Assembly (NCBI GenBank): GCA_045600925.1
Contig: JAZRYV010000122.1
Location: 1-44,412, forward strand
Length of the DNA: 44,412 bases
DNA from: Spirochaetota bacterium
GTDB taxonomy: Bacteria; Spirochaetota; UBA4802; UBA5550
Direction of reading: 5' to 3'
How positions within the stretch are numbered: the first letter of the stretch is position 1; the number at the start of each line of letters is the position of its first letter. Both the position numbers and the translations under genes were made by a program. Shown in pieces: positions 27,395-36,415 of the stretch. Below the pieces are notes generated by a model. That model was not told where the DNA came from, made no database searches, and worked only from the letters and a program-made list of their open reading frames with translations.

Positions 27395-28900
27395 TCAGTC
27401 ACTGAGCTTCATATATTCGTCAAATTCCTTAAGGACTTCCGGATCCTTGTTTTTATTCAGCAGGCTGATGATGACAGCCACAAGACCGCAGATAATAAAT
27501 CCGGGAAGAATTTCATAGAGATCAAAGATGCCGCCCTTAAGGTTATGCCATACAACAACAGTAACACCGCCGGCAATAATTCCTGCCAGAACTCCGTTTC
27601 TTGTAAGACCTCTCCAGAACAGGGCCAGAAGGATAATTGGACCGAAAGTTGCACCGAAACCAGCCCAGGCATAGCTTACAAGACTGAAAATTGAACTGTT
27701 TGGATCCCTTGCCAGCAGAAATCCTATAAAAGCGACTGCCAGAACTGTTATACGGCTTACATTAAGAACTGTCTTTTCAGATGCATCCTTTTTTATCCAG
27801 CCCTTGAAAATATCCCTTGAGAAGGCAGATGAGGCAACCAGCAGCTGGGAATCCGCAGTACTCATGGCAGCAGCCAGCATTCCGCAGAGGAAGATACCTG
27901 CAATAAAGCCGGGGAACAGCTTCTGAATGGAAACGGCAAAAACAGTTTCAGCTGCTGACTTTGTCAGGTATTCAGGGAAAAGGTAGGCTCTTCCGATAAT
28001 ACCTACTGCAACTGCGGCAGCCAGAGCCAGAATAACCCAGCATATGGCAATACGCCGTGAAATCTTCACTTCGTGGTTGGAACGGATGCCCATGAACCTT
28101 ACCAGAATATGAGGCATACCGAAATATCCAAGCCCCCATGCCAGAGCGGAAACAATGCTCATACTGCTGAATGTTCCGGCATACAGAGGATTGTCAGGAG
28201 AATCTGATCCGAAAGCTCCGACTGCACTGTTCCCGAACTCAGCAATCTTCAGCACTGCAGCTTCGGGTCCGCCAAGAGCAATTACCATGCCAGATGCAGA
28301 AATCAGCAGAGCAGCAAGCATGATCGTTCCCTGAATAAAGTCAGTGGCACATACAGCCAGATATCCGCCTAAAAGAGTATAGGTCAGAACAACTGCTATT
28401 CCAAGAATAAGTGCCCAGGAATAGCTGATCTGAAAACAGGAAGAGAAAAGCTTTGCACAGGCCACAAAACCGGATGCAGTATAGATTATAAAAAAGAAAA
28501 GAATAAATATAACAGAAACCAGTGCAATAAGTCTTGACCGGTCCTTGAATCTGTTGGTGAAGAATTCAGGAAGGGTGATTGAGTCACTGGAATGAATACT
28601 GTATTTTCTGAGCCTCTTTGCAACCAGAAGCCAGTTGAGATATGTACCTATAATAAGACCTACAGCTGTCCAGAAGGCTTCCCAGAAACCGCCTATAAGA
28701 TAAGCAACACCCGGAAGTCCCATAAGAAGCCATCCTGACATATCGGAAGCCTCTGCAGAAAACGCTGTCATCCATGGCCCAACCTTTCTTCCGCCAAGGA
28801 AGAAATCAGCAGAGCTTGCATTCTTCTTCATATAGGTCCAGCCGATAAAAACCATCACTGCAAGATACAGAACAAAGGCTGAAATCATACTTAAACTCAT
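27395..28900 (-). CDS. putP: Sodium/proline symporter (SSF family)
   Basis: Polytopic protein. The N-terminus FFLGGRKVGPWMTAFSAEASDMSGWLLMGLPG is typical of PutP. I prefer ATG 28900 (GGTGG 5 nt upstream) over the ORF-track GTG 28909. Confidence 0.85.
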   Translation of the reverse strand: MSLSMISAFVLYLAVMVFIGWTYMKKNASSADFFLGGRKVGPWMTAFSAEASDMSGWLLMGLPGVAYLIGGFWEAFWTAVGLIIGTYLNWLLVAKRLRKYSIHSSDSITLPEFFTNRFKDRSRLIALVSVIFILFFFIIYTASGFVACAKLFSSCFQISYSWALILGIAVVLTYTLLGGYLAVCATDFIQGTIMLAALLISASGMVIALGGPEAAVLKIAEFGNSAVGAFGSDSPDNPLYAGTFSSMSIVSALAWGLGYFGMPHILVRFMGIRSNHEVKISRRIAICWVILALAAAVAVGIIGRAYLFPEYLTKSAAETVFAVSIQKLFPGFIAGIFLCGMLAAAMSTADSQLLVASSAFSRDIFKGWIKKDASEKTVLNVSRITVLAVAFIGFLLARDPNSSIFSLVSYAWAGFGATFGPIILLALFWRGLTRNGVLAGIIAGGVTVVVWHNLKGGIFDLYEILPGFIICGLVAVIISLLNKNKDPEVLKEFDEYMKLSD

Positions 28901-29166
28901 AAAAACCACCTGAAAAATAATTAGAGTTCCCGGGAATGTCCGGATATGTTATAATTTTTCATATTTGTTTTATGTGTCAATAAGTAAAATGTTTCTTTAT
29001 ATAGAAATCAATGTGATGCTCAGCCGAAAAAACAGACTGTATTCGAAAATCGTGAAATGACAGCTAATTTTCATAAAAAATCGAAATATTATTTGACATT
29101 TATTCCGAAATATTCAATACCGAGCGGGCAGTCAGGCTGCTATTATTTTCCTCAGGAGGAATAATC

Positions 29167-29988
29167 ATGGGATATTTAACAGGGGATAAAAAACCATTTT
29201 CAATCAAAGATTTTAAAGCAAGAAAAAAGGCCGGAGAACCTTTCTCAATGATCACCTGTTATGAGTACGGTTTTGCCAGTATTCTTGAACAGACAGACAT
29301 AGACACAATACTCGTAGGCGATTCACTGGGGAACGTAATTGCAGGATATAAAAACACCATTCCGGTCACAGTTGATCAAATGATCTATCACGGAGAAATT
29401 GTAAAGAGAGGTGCTCCTTCCAAATTCGTTGTTGTGGATATGCCTTTCATGAGCTATCATATTTCCGTTGAGGATGCTCTCAGAAATGCAGGAAGAATCA
29501 TGAAGGAAACAGGAGCAAATGCCGTAAAACTGGAGGGGGGAAGAGAATTCGCAAAGACAGTAAAAGCCATGACAGATGCATCAATTCCTGTTGTCGGACA
29601 TCTGGGGCTTACTCCTCAGTCCGTTCATAAGCTGGGAGGATATTCAGTTCAGGGAAGAGAAGAGGACAAACGTGCAAGAATTCTGGAAGATGCAGAGATT
29701 CTTCAGGAGGCAGGCATCTGTGCACTGACACTGGAAATGGTTCCGGCATCCCTTGCCACAGAGATATCTCAGAAACTGGAAGTTCCCACAATAGGCATAG
29801 GTGCCGGAAACGGATGCGATGCACAGGTTCTGGTCATTAACGACATGCTGGGTCTCAATACAGAATTCACACCGAAATTTGTAAAGAAATTTGCAAATCT
29901 CTGTGATGAAGTAAAAAAAGCAGTCAATGAATATGCAGGTGCCGTAAAGGACAGATCCTTCCCCGGCCCTGAAAACACTTTCAAATAA
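29167..29988 (+). CDS. panB: 3-methyl-2-oxobutanoate hydroxymethyltransferase
   Basis: 273 aa. Blocks are MITCYEYGFA, ILVGDSLGNV, VVDMPF, NAVKLEGG and PVVGHLGLTPQS. RBS AGGAGG. Confidence 0.93.
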   Translation: MGYLTGDKKPFSIKDFKARKKAGEPFSMITCYEYGFASILEQTDIDTILVGDSLGNVIAGYKNTIPVTVDQMIYHGEIVKRGAPSKFVVVDMPFMSYHISVEDALRNAGRIMKETGANAVKLEGGREFAKTVKAMTDASIPVVGHLGLTPQSVHKLGGYSVQGREEDKRARILEDAEILQEAGICALTLEMVPASLATEISQKLEVPTIGIGAGNGCDAQVLVINDMLGLNTEFTPKFVKKFANLCDEVKKAVNEYAGAVKDRSFPGPENTFK

Positions 29989-30464
29989 TGGCAGGAACAG
30001 TAAAACCGCTGGATGATCTGGATGCCGGAATTATTTCCCGGCTCCAGACTGACGGCAGAATCAGCAACACGGAACTTGCCAGAGAGTTCAAAGTATCAGA
30101 AGCCACTATCCGCAGCCGCATCAAACGTCTTACAGATGAAAATATAATACAGATAGTTGCAGTGGCAAATCCGTTTAAAGTCGGCTTTCATGTAACCGGA
30201 GACATCAACATCCGGGTAAACCTTGCCCAAATGGACCATGTAATAAAGGCCCTGGAAAAGATTCCGGAACTCTGGTACATTGTGGTAACCACAGGTAATT
30301 CAAACATCAATGCGGAATTCGTTACAGGCAGTCTGGATGAGCTTCACGATCTGGTTTACAACCGGCTCAGCAAAATTGACGGCATAGATCAGATAGAAAC
30401 ATCTGTCATTATGAAGTACATAAAACGAAAATACAATTTCGGAACGCCTGCAAAAAAAGAATAG
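29988..30464 (+). CDS. Lrp/AsnC family transcriptional regulator
   Basis: 158 aa. N-terminal HTH LDAGIISRLQTDGRISNTELAREFKVSEATIRSRIKRL plus a C-terminal ligand-binding-type domain. TAATG overlap with panB. Confidence 0.85.
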   Translation: MAGTVKPLDDLDAGIISRLQTDGRISNTELAREFKVSEATIRSRIKRLTDENIIQIVAVANPFKVGFHVTGDINIRVNLAQMDHVIKALEKIPELWYIVVTTGNSNINAEFVTGSLDELHDLVYNRLSKIDGIDQIETSVIMKYIKRKYNFGTPAKKE

Positions 30465-30492
30465 CCGGAACATTATCGACTTTTATTTTATG

Positions 30493-30521
30493 TTGACCTG
30501 AATCATCCCTGATTCTATCCT
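30493..30521 (+). promoter_or_regulatory. Sigma70-like promoter candidate for the DUF493 gene
   Basis: TTGACC (30493-30498), a 17-nt spacer, then TATCCT (30516-30521). Confidence 0.3.
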
Positions 30522-30540
30522 TTCCAAAACAGGAAAAACA

Positions 30541-30822
30541 ATGGAAAAACTTAACATTATAACCGAAACTCCCATGAACGAGGAAAAATTTCCGGCAGAC
30601 ATAGTCTTTAAAGCCATCATCCGGAACACAGGAAATTTCACTCTGGAGAGCATAAAAACACTTCTGCAGGCAAAAAACCTTAAAGCTTCCGTGACAACAA
30701 AGGACAGCGGAAAGGGAACTTTTACTTCATATACAGTGGCAGCCAGATTTCCCTCAAAGGAGTGCCTTACAGCTGTATGCAATGAGATATCTGCACTGCA
30801 GGGATTTATGACTCTGTTCTGA
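30541..30822 (+). CDS. DUF493 (YbeD-like) small protein
   Basis: 93 aa. The pattern FPADIVFKAI...SGKGTFTSYTVAARF...LQGFMTL matches my recollection of YbeD: FP..y.fKvmG ... S.kG.Y.S.t. Its 3' end overlaps the convergent gene by 17 nt. Confidence 0.6.
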   Translation: MEKLNIITETPMNEEKFPADIVFKAIIRNTGNFTLESIKTLLQAKNLKASVTTKDSGKGTFTSYTVAARFPSKECLTAVCNEISALQGFMTLF

Positions 30823-32044
30823 CAGAACTGCCGGCCAGTGCACCTGTACTCCAGGCAAACTGAAGATTGTATCCTCCGCTCTCACCGGCAATATCCAGCA
30901 GCTCCCCTGTAATATAGAGATTTTTTACAAGCAGAGATTCCATGGTTGCAGGATTAATTTCATCAACAGACACACCTCCTGAGGCAGCAACAGACTCCCT
31001 GAAATCCCCCGGCTTCCCGGGATCCATTGGCATAGCTTTAAGCAGGCTGATGAATCTTTTCCGATCCTGCAGCTTCACTGAAGAAACCCTTGTATCAGGA
31101 GAAATTCCTGCTGCGGAAGGAAGCACATCACACATTCTGTCCTTTAAAATCCCTGCAAGACTGAAGGAAAACTTTTTCCGGTCATCTGCCCAGACTGAAT
31201 CCAGCATGGCTGTCAGCTGATCCTCTGTCATTGAAGGAAAGAAATCTGCCATAATAACTGTCTTTCTGTTCTTTTCCAGAGAAGCATTCACTGCTCCTGA
31301 AATCATAAGAGCTGCAGGACCTGATATTCCTTTTGCAGTAAACAGCATCTCCCCCGTTCCTGAACCTGCAGTTTTTCCCCCTGCCAGGACAGTCAGATCT
31401 GTATCCCATTTTATGCCCTGCAGCCTGTGGAATATTCTGTTTTCAATATTCACAGGAAGAATCACCGGACGGGGAGGAACAATTCTGTGTCCAAGAGAGC
31501 GGGCCAGATCATATCCAAGTTCTGTCCCTCCCAGAGAGGGCCAGGCACAGCTGCCGGCTGCAAGGATTACTGAATCAAAATCAAAGGTTTCATGGCCGGC
31601 TGTGGTAAGGGTAAAACCTTCCCCTTTCCTGCGGATCTCATCAACCCTCCGTTCCGTAAGAAGCTGTACACCGCGTTTCTTAAGCTCATACATAAAAATG
31701 GCTGTAACAGCGGATGCCTGAAGACAAAAAGGGAAAAGCCGGCCCTTTTCCTCAGTAAAAGGAAGACCTGCAGAAGCGAAAAAGACCTCGGTTTCAGCAA
31801 GACCGAATCTTCCGAACACGTTGTTTACAAAGGAAGGATTCTCTCCCATATAGTGGCCGGAAAAATCGGAAAATTCCGGAGACAGGCTCCTGTTGGAAAT
31901 ATTGCATCTGCCGTTTCCGGATGCTGAAATTTTCCGGCCAGGTTTAGAATGTTTTTCAAAAATGGTTACGGAGGCCCCTCTGTCTGCTGCATAACATGCA
32001 GCCATAAGGCCAGAGGCTCCTGCTCCAATTACTGCTGTTTTCAT
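30806..32044 (-). CDS. HI0933/BaiN-family NAD(P)/FAD-dependent oxidoreductase
   Basis: 412 aa. N-terminal VIGAGASGLMAA dinucleotide fold, KISASGNGRCNISN block, and C-terminal GGYNLQFAWSTG. Confidence 0.85.
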   Translation of the reverse strand: MKTAVIGAGASGLMAACYAADRGASVTIFEKHSKPGRKISASGNGRCNISNRSLSPEFSDFSGHYMGENPSFVNNVFGRFGLAETEVFFASAGLPFTEEKGRLFPFCLQASAVTAIFMYELKKRGVQLLTERRVDEIRRKGEGFTLTTAGHETFDFDSVILAAGSCAWPSLGGTELGYDLARSLGHRIVPPRPVILPVNIENRIFHRLQGIKWDTDLTVLAGGKTAGSGTGEMLFTAKGISGPAALMISGAVNASLEKNRKTVIMADFFPSMTEDQLTAMLDSVWADDRKKFSFSLAGILKDRMCDVLPSAAGISPDTRVSSVKLQDRKRFISLLKAMPMDPGKPGDFRESVAASGGVSVDEINPATMESLLVKNLYITGELLDIAGESGGYNLQFAWSTGALAGSSVRTES

Positions 32045-32067
32045 TATATAAAAAAGTCCGGCCTGAA

Positions 32068-33015
32068 TCAGAAAACAGGCTTGGAATCAAACTGATGCCT
32101 GGCTTTGATCTGTCTGATCGTATGGGTCTTATGACGAAAGACAATAGAGGAAGTCTCTGCTCCGCCGGAAACATATCTTACCCCAGGGAGAAGAACGCCG
32201 TCTGTAACTCCTGTGACAGCAGTAAGGATTTCATTCCCCGGAACAAGATCATTTATTGAATAGATCTTACTGTAGTCCACTCCGGTCATAAAGGCAGAAT
32301 CAGCATCCTCCGGTCCTGGCAGGAATCTAGCCTGAAGATCACCTCCCAGACATTTCAGAGCGGCTGCCGCAAGAATTCCTTCCTTACGGCCTCCTGTTCC
32401 TATGAGGATATCAATCTTATTTTCCGGCATACCGGCAGAAATCACACCAGTTATATCTCCGTCCCTGATAAATACAATTCTGGCACCGGTTTCACGGATC
32501 TCTGAAACCAGAGGAAGATTGTATTCCCGGTCCAGAATACATACTGTAATATCTTCTATGTACTTATTCTTTGCTCTGGCCACACGCTTTATATTTATGG
32601 AAGGAGGAAGGTCAATATCTATGACACCTTTTGCATCAGCCCCTACAGCTATCTTTTCCATAAGGCCTGTCTCTGTAGTCATAAAAGATCCAGGATCCCC
32701 CACTGCAATTACGGCAGTGGCATTATGCCCTCCTCTGGCACAGGTCATTTTCCCGTCCAGAGGTTTAAGGGCAATATCTATTGCCGGCTGTTCACCTTCC
32801 TTTCCAAGATGAACTCCGCTGACCAGTCCGCTTTCCTGAAAATCAGAACCTACAGAGATCTTCATATCTCCGTGAAGGGAACTGAGCACTCTCAGCATGG
32901 CATCGGATGCTGCCATATAAGCAGCCATTTCATTCCCCCTTCCCACATGTCTGCTGGCAAAGAGAGCTGCCACTTCTGTAAGTCTTACTGCTTCAAGTGT
33001 CAGGTACCGGTCCAT
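32068..33015 (-). CDS. glpX: Class II fructose-1,6-bisphosphatase
   Basis: 315 aa. N-terminal LEAVRLTEVAALFASRHVGRGN and the blocks IGTGGRKEGILAAAALKCLGG and VLLPGV. Confidence 0.9.
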   Translation of the reverse strand: MDRYLTLEAVRLTEVAALFASRHVGRGNEMAAYMAASDAMLRVLSSLHGDMKISVGSDFQESGLVSGVHLGKEGEQPAIDIALKPLDGKMTCARGGHNATAVIAVGDPGSFMTTETGLMEKIAVGADAKGVIDIDLPPSINIKRVARAKNKYIEDITVCILDREYNLPLVSEIRETGARIVFIRDGDITGVISAGMPENKIDILIGTGGRKEGILAAAALKCLGGDLQARFLPGPEDADSAFMTGVDYSKIYSINDLVPGNEILTAVTGVTDGVLLPGVRYVSGGAETSSIVFRHKTHTIRQIKARHQFDSKPVF

Positions 33016-33026
33016 AGTTCCTCCGG

Positions 33027-35657
33027 CTATTTGAGCTGCTCCGCAGCTGCTTTAACTGCTTCGTTTAATGCCTCATTAAGAGCTGAAGGATTCTTTCCTC
33101 CGGCCTGAGCCTTTTCCCTGCTTCCTCCTCCGTTGCCTCCGGCAATAGAGGATGTCTTTTTAATCAGAGCTCCGCAGTCTGCTCCTTTTTCCACAGCAGC
33201 CTTTGTAGCTGTATAGAACAGAAAAGCTTTTCCGTCCAGAACAGATCCAAGAAGAATAAGGGCAGACTGTTCCTTTCCCTTTATGGAATCAGCCATGGTC
33301 ATCATGGATTTTACATCAACCCCTTCCAGTGCCTTAGAAATGATCTTTACTCCGCTGATTTCCTGTGCATCTGCAGAAAGATCGCCTGCAGCGGAAGCCA
33401 GACTGTCATTTTTTATCTTTTTAATTTCCTTTTCAAGAGCTCTGTTCCTTTCCAGAACATCTTCCAGCCTTTTAAGGAGATCATTTTCGGAAGCATTAAG
33501 TTTTTCTGCCACTGTCTTAACAGTTCTTTCCCTGTCAGCATATCTGTCCAGAACTCCCTTCAGGGTTGCAGCCTCAATACGGCGGATTCCTGCTCCAGGA
33601 GACATTTCCTTTAATATATGGAAGAGGCCGATCTTGCCTGTGTTATCTACATGAGTTCCTCCGCAGAGTTCACGGCTGAAATCTCCCACGCCTACAACAC
33701 GTACATGATCTTCATATTTTTCATCAAAAACTGCCATGGCCCCGGATGCAACGGCTGTCTTAAGATCCATCTCCGTTGTTGTAACAGGAATATTTTCCCA
33801 GATCTTTTCGTTTACAGTCCTTTCAACTTCTGCCAGCTCCTCCTGAGTCATGGGACTGAAATGGGAGAAGTCGAATCTGAGATGATCCTGGTCAACGATG
33901 GATCCGGCCTGCTTAACATGAGGACCAAGAACTTTTCTTAAAGCAGCCTGAAGCAGGTGAGTGGATGTATGATTTGCACGAATAAGATTTCTGCGAATGA
34001 TGTCTATCTCTGCTGAAACATAATCCCCTTCTCTGAAGGATCCCTGTTCCACATGTCCTATATGCAGGAAGGTTTTATTGAGCTTCTTTGTATCTTCAAC
34101 AATGAAGAGTGCACCGGAATCAGAGAAAATCTTTCCATGGTCACCAACCTGTCCGCCGGATTCACCATAGAAAGGAGTTTCCTTAAGAACCAGGAAACCT
34201 TCATCTCCTGCATTCATAAAAGAAATTTCTCCGTTTCTGCCGAAAATTCCTGTTATCTGTGTTTTACAGGTCTCGTTTTCATATCCTTTAAAGGATGTAT
34301 CTCCGCACTTTCTGGCAGCTGCTTCAAAATGTTTTGCAAGGCCTGTATCTGCACCTTTCCAGCTGTTCTTTCCTCTTTCTCTCTGGATGTTCATTTCAGC
34401 TTCGAAGCCCTTAAGGTCTGTGGCCAGCCCCTGTTCTGCTGCAATTTCATTAGTCATTTCCACAGGGAAACCAAAAGTATCATAAAGAACGAACATATCC
34501 CTTCCTGAAATGGTTTTTCCGCCGGAATGTTTAAGCCCCTTCATGATTTCTTCAAGGCGGTCCATTCCGTTTTCTATGGTCTCAAGGAAACGTTTTTCCT
34601 CTGATTCGATTACGGCTTTTACATTCTTCAGCGGTTCCTTTATCTCAGGATAAAAACTGCCCATTGTTTCCACAATAGGGTCACAGATCCTGTACAGAAA
34701 AGGTTCCTTTATTCCTATAAGTCTGCTGAAACGGAGCCCACGGCGGAGGATTCTGCGGAGCACATAACCACGGCCTTCATTGGAAGGATAGACACCATCA
34801 GACATTGCAAAAGTAAGAGACCGGGCATGTTCTGCCATTACTCTCATTGGGATAATGTTTTTTCCTTCGTAGGGAAGACCGGATTCCTTTGATATAAAAT
34901 CTGTAAGAGATCGAAACTCATCTGTCTCATAGACGGAATCCACTCCCTGAACCAGAGTAGCAAGTCTTTCCAGTCCCATGCCTGTATCTATACCTGTTCT
35001 GGGAAGAGGATGGAAATTGCCGTTAATGTCCTGATTAAACTGGTTGAAAACCAGATTCCAGAATTCAAGGAAACGTTCACAGTCGCATCCTGGTCTGCAG
35101 TCAGGAGAACCGCATCCGAAAGCCTCTCCTCTGTCCAGATAAAGTTCGGAACACGGTCCGCAGGCACCGGAATCTCCTGCAGGTCCCCAGAAGTTGTCTG
35201 CCTTGCCAAGACGGACTATACGTTCTTCCGGTATGCCTATATATTTATTCCAGAGTTCCAGGGCTTCATCATCATCCTGATAGACAGTGGCCCAGATCTT
35301 TTCCTTGGGAAAACCAATAACTTCCGTGGAAAAATCCCAGGCGTACCTCATGGCTTCCTTTTTAAAATAGTCCCCGAAGCTGAAATTTCCCAGCATTTCG
35401 AAGAATGTAAGATGACGCTTTGTCTTTCCGACATTTTCCAGGTCGCTGGTACGGAGACATTTCTGAACAGAAGAAGCTCTTGTATATTCCAGTTCAACAG
35501 TTCCGGCAAACATAGGCTTGAACTGAACCATTCCGGCTGTTGTAAAAAGCAGTGTGGGGTCATCTTTCGGCACCAGAGAACTTGAAGGCACAATTCTGTG
35601 ACCTCTTTCTCTGAAAAAATCAACAAAAGATGTTCTGAGATCCATAACCTTAAGCAT
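33027..35657 (-). CDS. alaS: Alanine--tRNA ligase
   Basis: 876 aa. Blocks FTTAGMVQFKP, FEMLGNFSFGDYFK and WNLVFNQFN, the editing-domain HTSTHLL, and a C-terminal DHHA1-like region. Confidence 0.97.
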   Translation of the reverse strand: MLKVMDLRTSFVDFFRERGHRIVPSSSLVPKDDPTLLFTTAGMVQFKPMFAGTVELEYTRASSVQKCLRTSDLENVGKTKRHLTFFEMLGNFSFGDYFKKEAMRYAWDFSTEVIGFPKEKIWATVYQDDDEALELWNKYIGIPEERIVRLGKADNFWGPAGDSGACGPCSELYLDRGEAFGCGSPDCRPGCDCERFLEFWNLVFNQFNQDINGNFHPLPRTGIDTGMGLERLATLVQGVDSVYETDEFRSLTDFISKESGLPYEGKNIIPMRVMAEHARSLTFAMSDGVYPSNEGRGYVLRRILRRGLRFSRLIGIKEPFLYRICDPIVETMGSFYPEIKEPLKNVKAVIESEEKRFLETIENGMDRLEEIMKGLKHSGGKTISGRDMFVLYDTFGFPVEMTNEIAAEQGLATDLKGFEAEMNIQRERGKNSWKGADTGLAKHFEAAARKCGDTSFKGYENETCKTQITGIFGRNGEISFMNAGDEGFLVLKETPFYGESGGQVGDHGKIFSDSGALFIVEDTKKLNKTFLHIGHVEQGSFREGDYVSAEIDIIRRNLIRANHTSTHLLQAALRKVLGPHVKQAGSIVDQDHLRFDFSHFSPMTQEELAEVERTVNEKIWENIPVTTTEMDLKTAVASGAMAVFDEKYEDHVRVVGVGDFSRELCGGTHVDNTGKIGLFHILKEMSPGAGIRRIEAATLKGVLDRYADRERTVKTVAEKLNASENDLLKRLEDVLERNRALEKEIKKIKNDSLASAAGDLSADAQEISGVKIISKALEGVDVKSMMTMADSIKGKEQSALILLGSVLDGKAFLFYTATKAAVEKGADCGALIKKTSSIAGGNGGGSREKAQAGGKNPSALNEALNEAVKAAAEQLK

Positions 35658-35784
35658 TGTAATCCTCGTTTTTTCAGATAAACCGGCTGATTCCGGGACA
35701 GGAAACAGATTCCGGCAATATAGGCATTTTACAAAGCAATGTTTTTTTTTTCAAGGACAAAAGAGACAGCATATAAAGATTATG

Positions 35785-35818
35785 AAGAAGAAAAAGGCAG
35801 CCGGAATCTCCGGCTGCC
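35785..35818 (-). terminator. Rho-independent terminator after the tpsA/immunity pair
   Basis: GGCAGCCGG-(5 nt)-CCGGCTGCC, a 9-bp stem, at 35796-35818. TTTTTCTTCTTC follows on the minus strand. Confidence 0.75.
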
Positions 35819-35836
35819 ATGGATTATTGCCGGATG

Positions 35837-36415
35837 TTAAAAATTATAATAAAAACAATTCTGACTTCCGTCATCTACCGGAATCAGATCATAAGGAGAT
35901 TCCACAGGTCCGCAGAGATCTATGCACTTAAGGTCCACTTTTATGCTGAATTCAAAGCTGCACGGGATTCCGTTTACAGTAAAATTGTAGTAATAAGAAA
36001 CATCATTCCCTGAAAGATTAAACTCAGAAGGATTTTCAATATCAAAATTCCCAGGCATGTTCTTTTTATAGAAGTCCAGGAACTCCCTGAAAGTCTTTTT
36101 TACTTCTCCCGTCCTGCATGGAACATCAATACCTGATATTGCTATATTCTTCTTTAAAAGTTTTTTTTCATGACAGTATTTATCCAGTTCTAAATATGAT
36201 ACATCTTCAAGTGTTCCTCTGAAGACAGGCATACTGACTTCCTTCCCTTTCCGGACATATACTATATTTGAACAGTAAAGTACAATACTGTAAGGGCTGT
36301 TTTTCATCTGACCCACATGCTTTTCTGTAAGTTCTCCTGCTGTTAATGTCTTTTTTTCAGCACCAGAAGCGGCGGCTGCGGCCAGAATCATAAGCACGGC
36401 TGCGATTTTTTTCAT
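35837..36415 (-). CDS. Secreted 192-aa protein; candidate periplasmic immunity protein for the upstream toxin domain
   Basis: Sec-type signal peptide MKKIAAVLMILAAAAASGA|EKK with no lipobox. RBS AAGGAG lies 8 nt upstream, inside the tpsA 3' end. The start overlaps the tpsA ORF by 59 nt. I recognise no family. Confidence 0.55.
   Translation of the reverse strand: MKKIAAVLMILAAAAASGAEKKTLTAGELTEKHVGQMKNSPYSIVLYCSNIVYVRKGKEVSMPVFRGTLEDVSYLELDKYCHEKKLLKKNIAISGIDVPCRTGEVKKTFREFLDFYKKNMPGNFDIENPSEFNLSGNDVSYYYNFTVNGIPCSFEFSIKVDLKCIDLCGPVESPYDLIPVDDGSQNCFYYNF

Noticed and set aside
29093-29121. TTGACA as the -35 of a panB promoter
   Set aside because: No acceptable -10 hexamer lies at 16-18 nt spacing (AATACC/CAATAC). 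I therefore did not call it as a promoter and only noted it within the repeat finding.
35742-35751. T10 homopolymer upstream of alaS (A10 in gene sense) as a possible phase-variation tract
   Set aside because: It lies upstream of an essential housekeeping gene in an A/T-rich promoter region. Nothing suggests slipped-strand switching; it is more likely a UP-like element.
35837-36415. Considered the 192-aa gene downstream of tpsA as the missing TpsB transporter
   Set aside because: It is far too small for a POTRA plus 16-strand barrel protein, and its position and overlap fit an immunity gene better.
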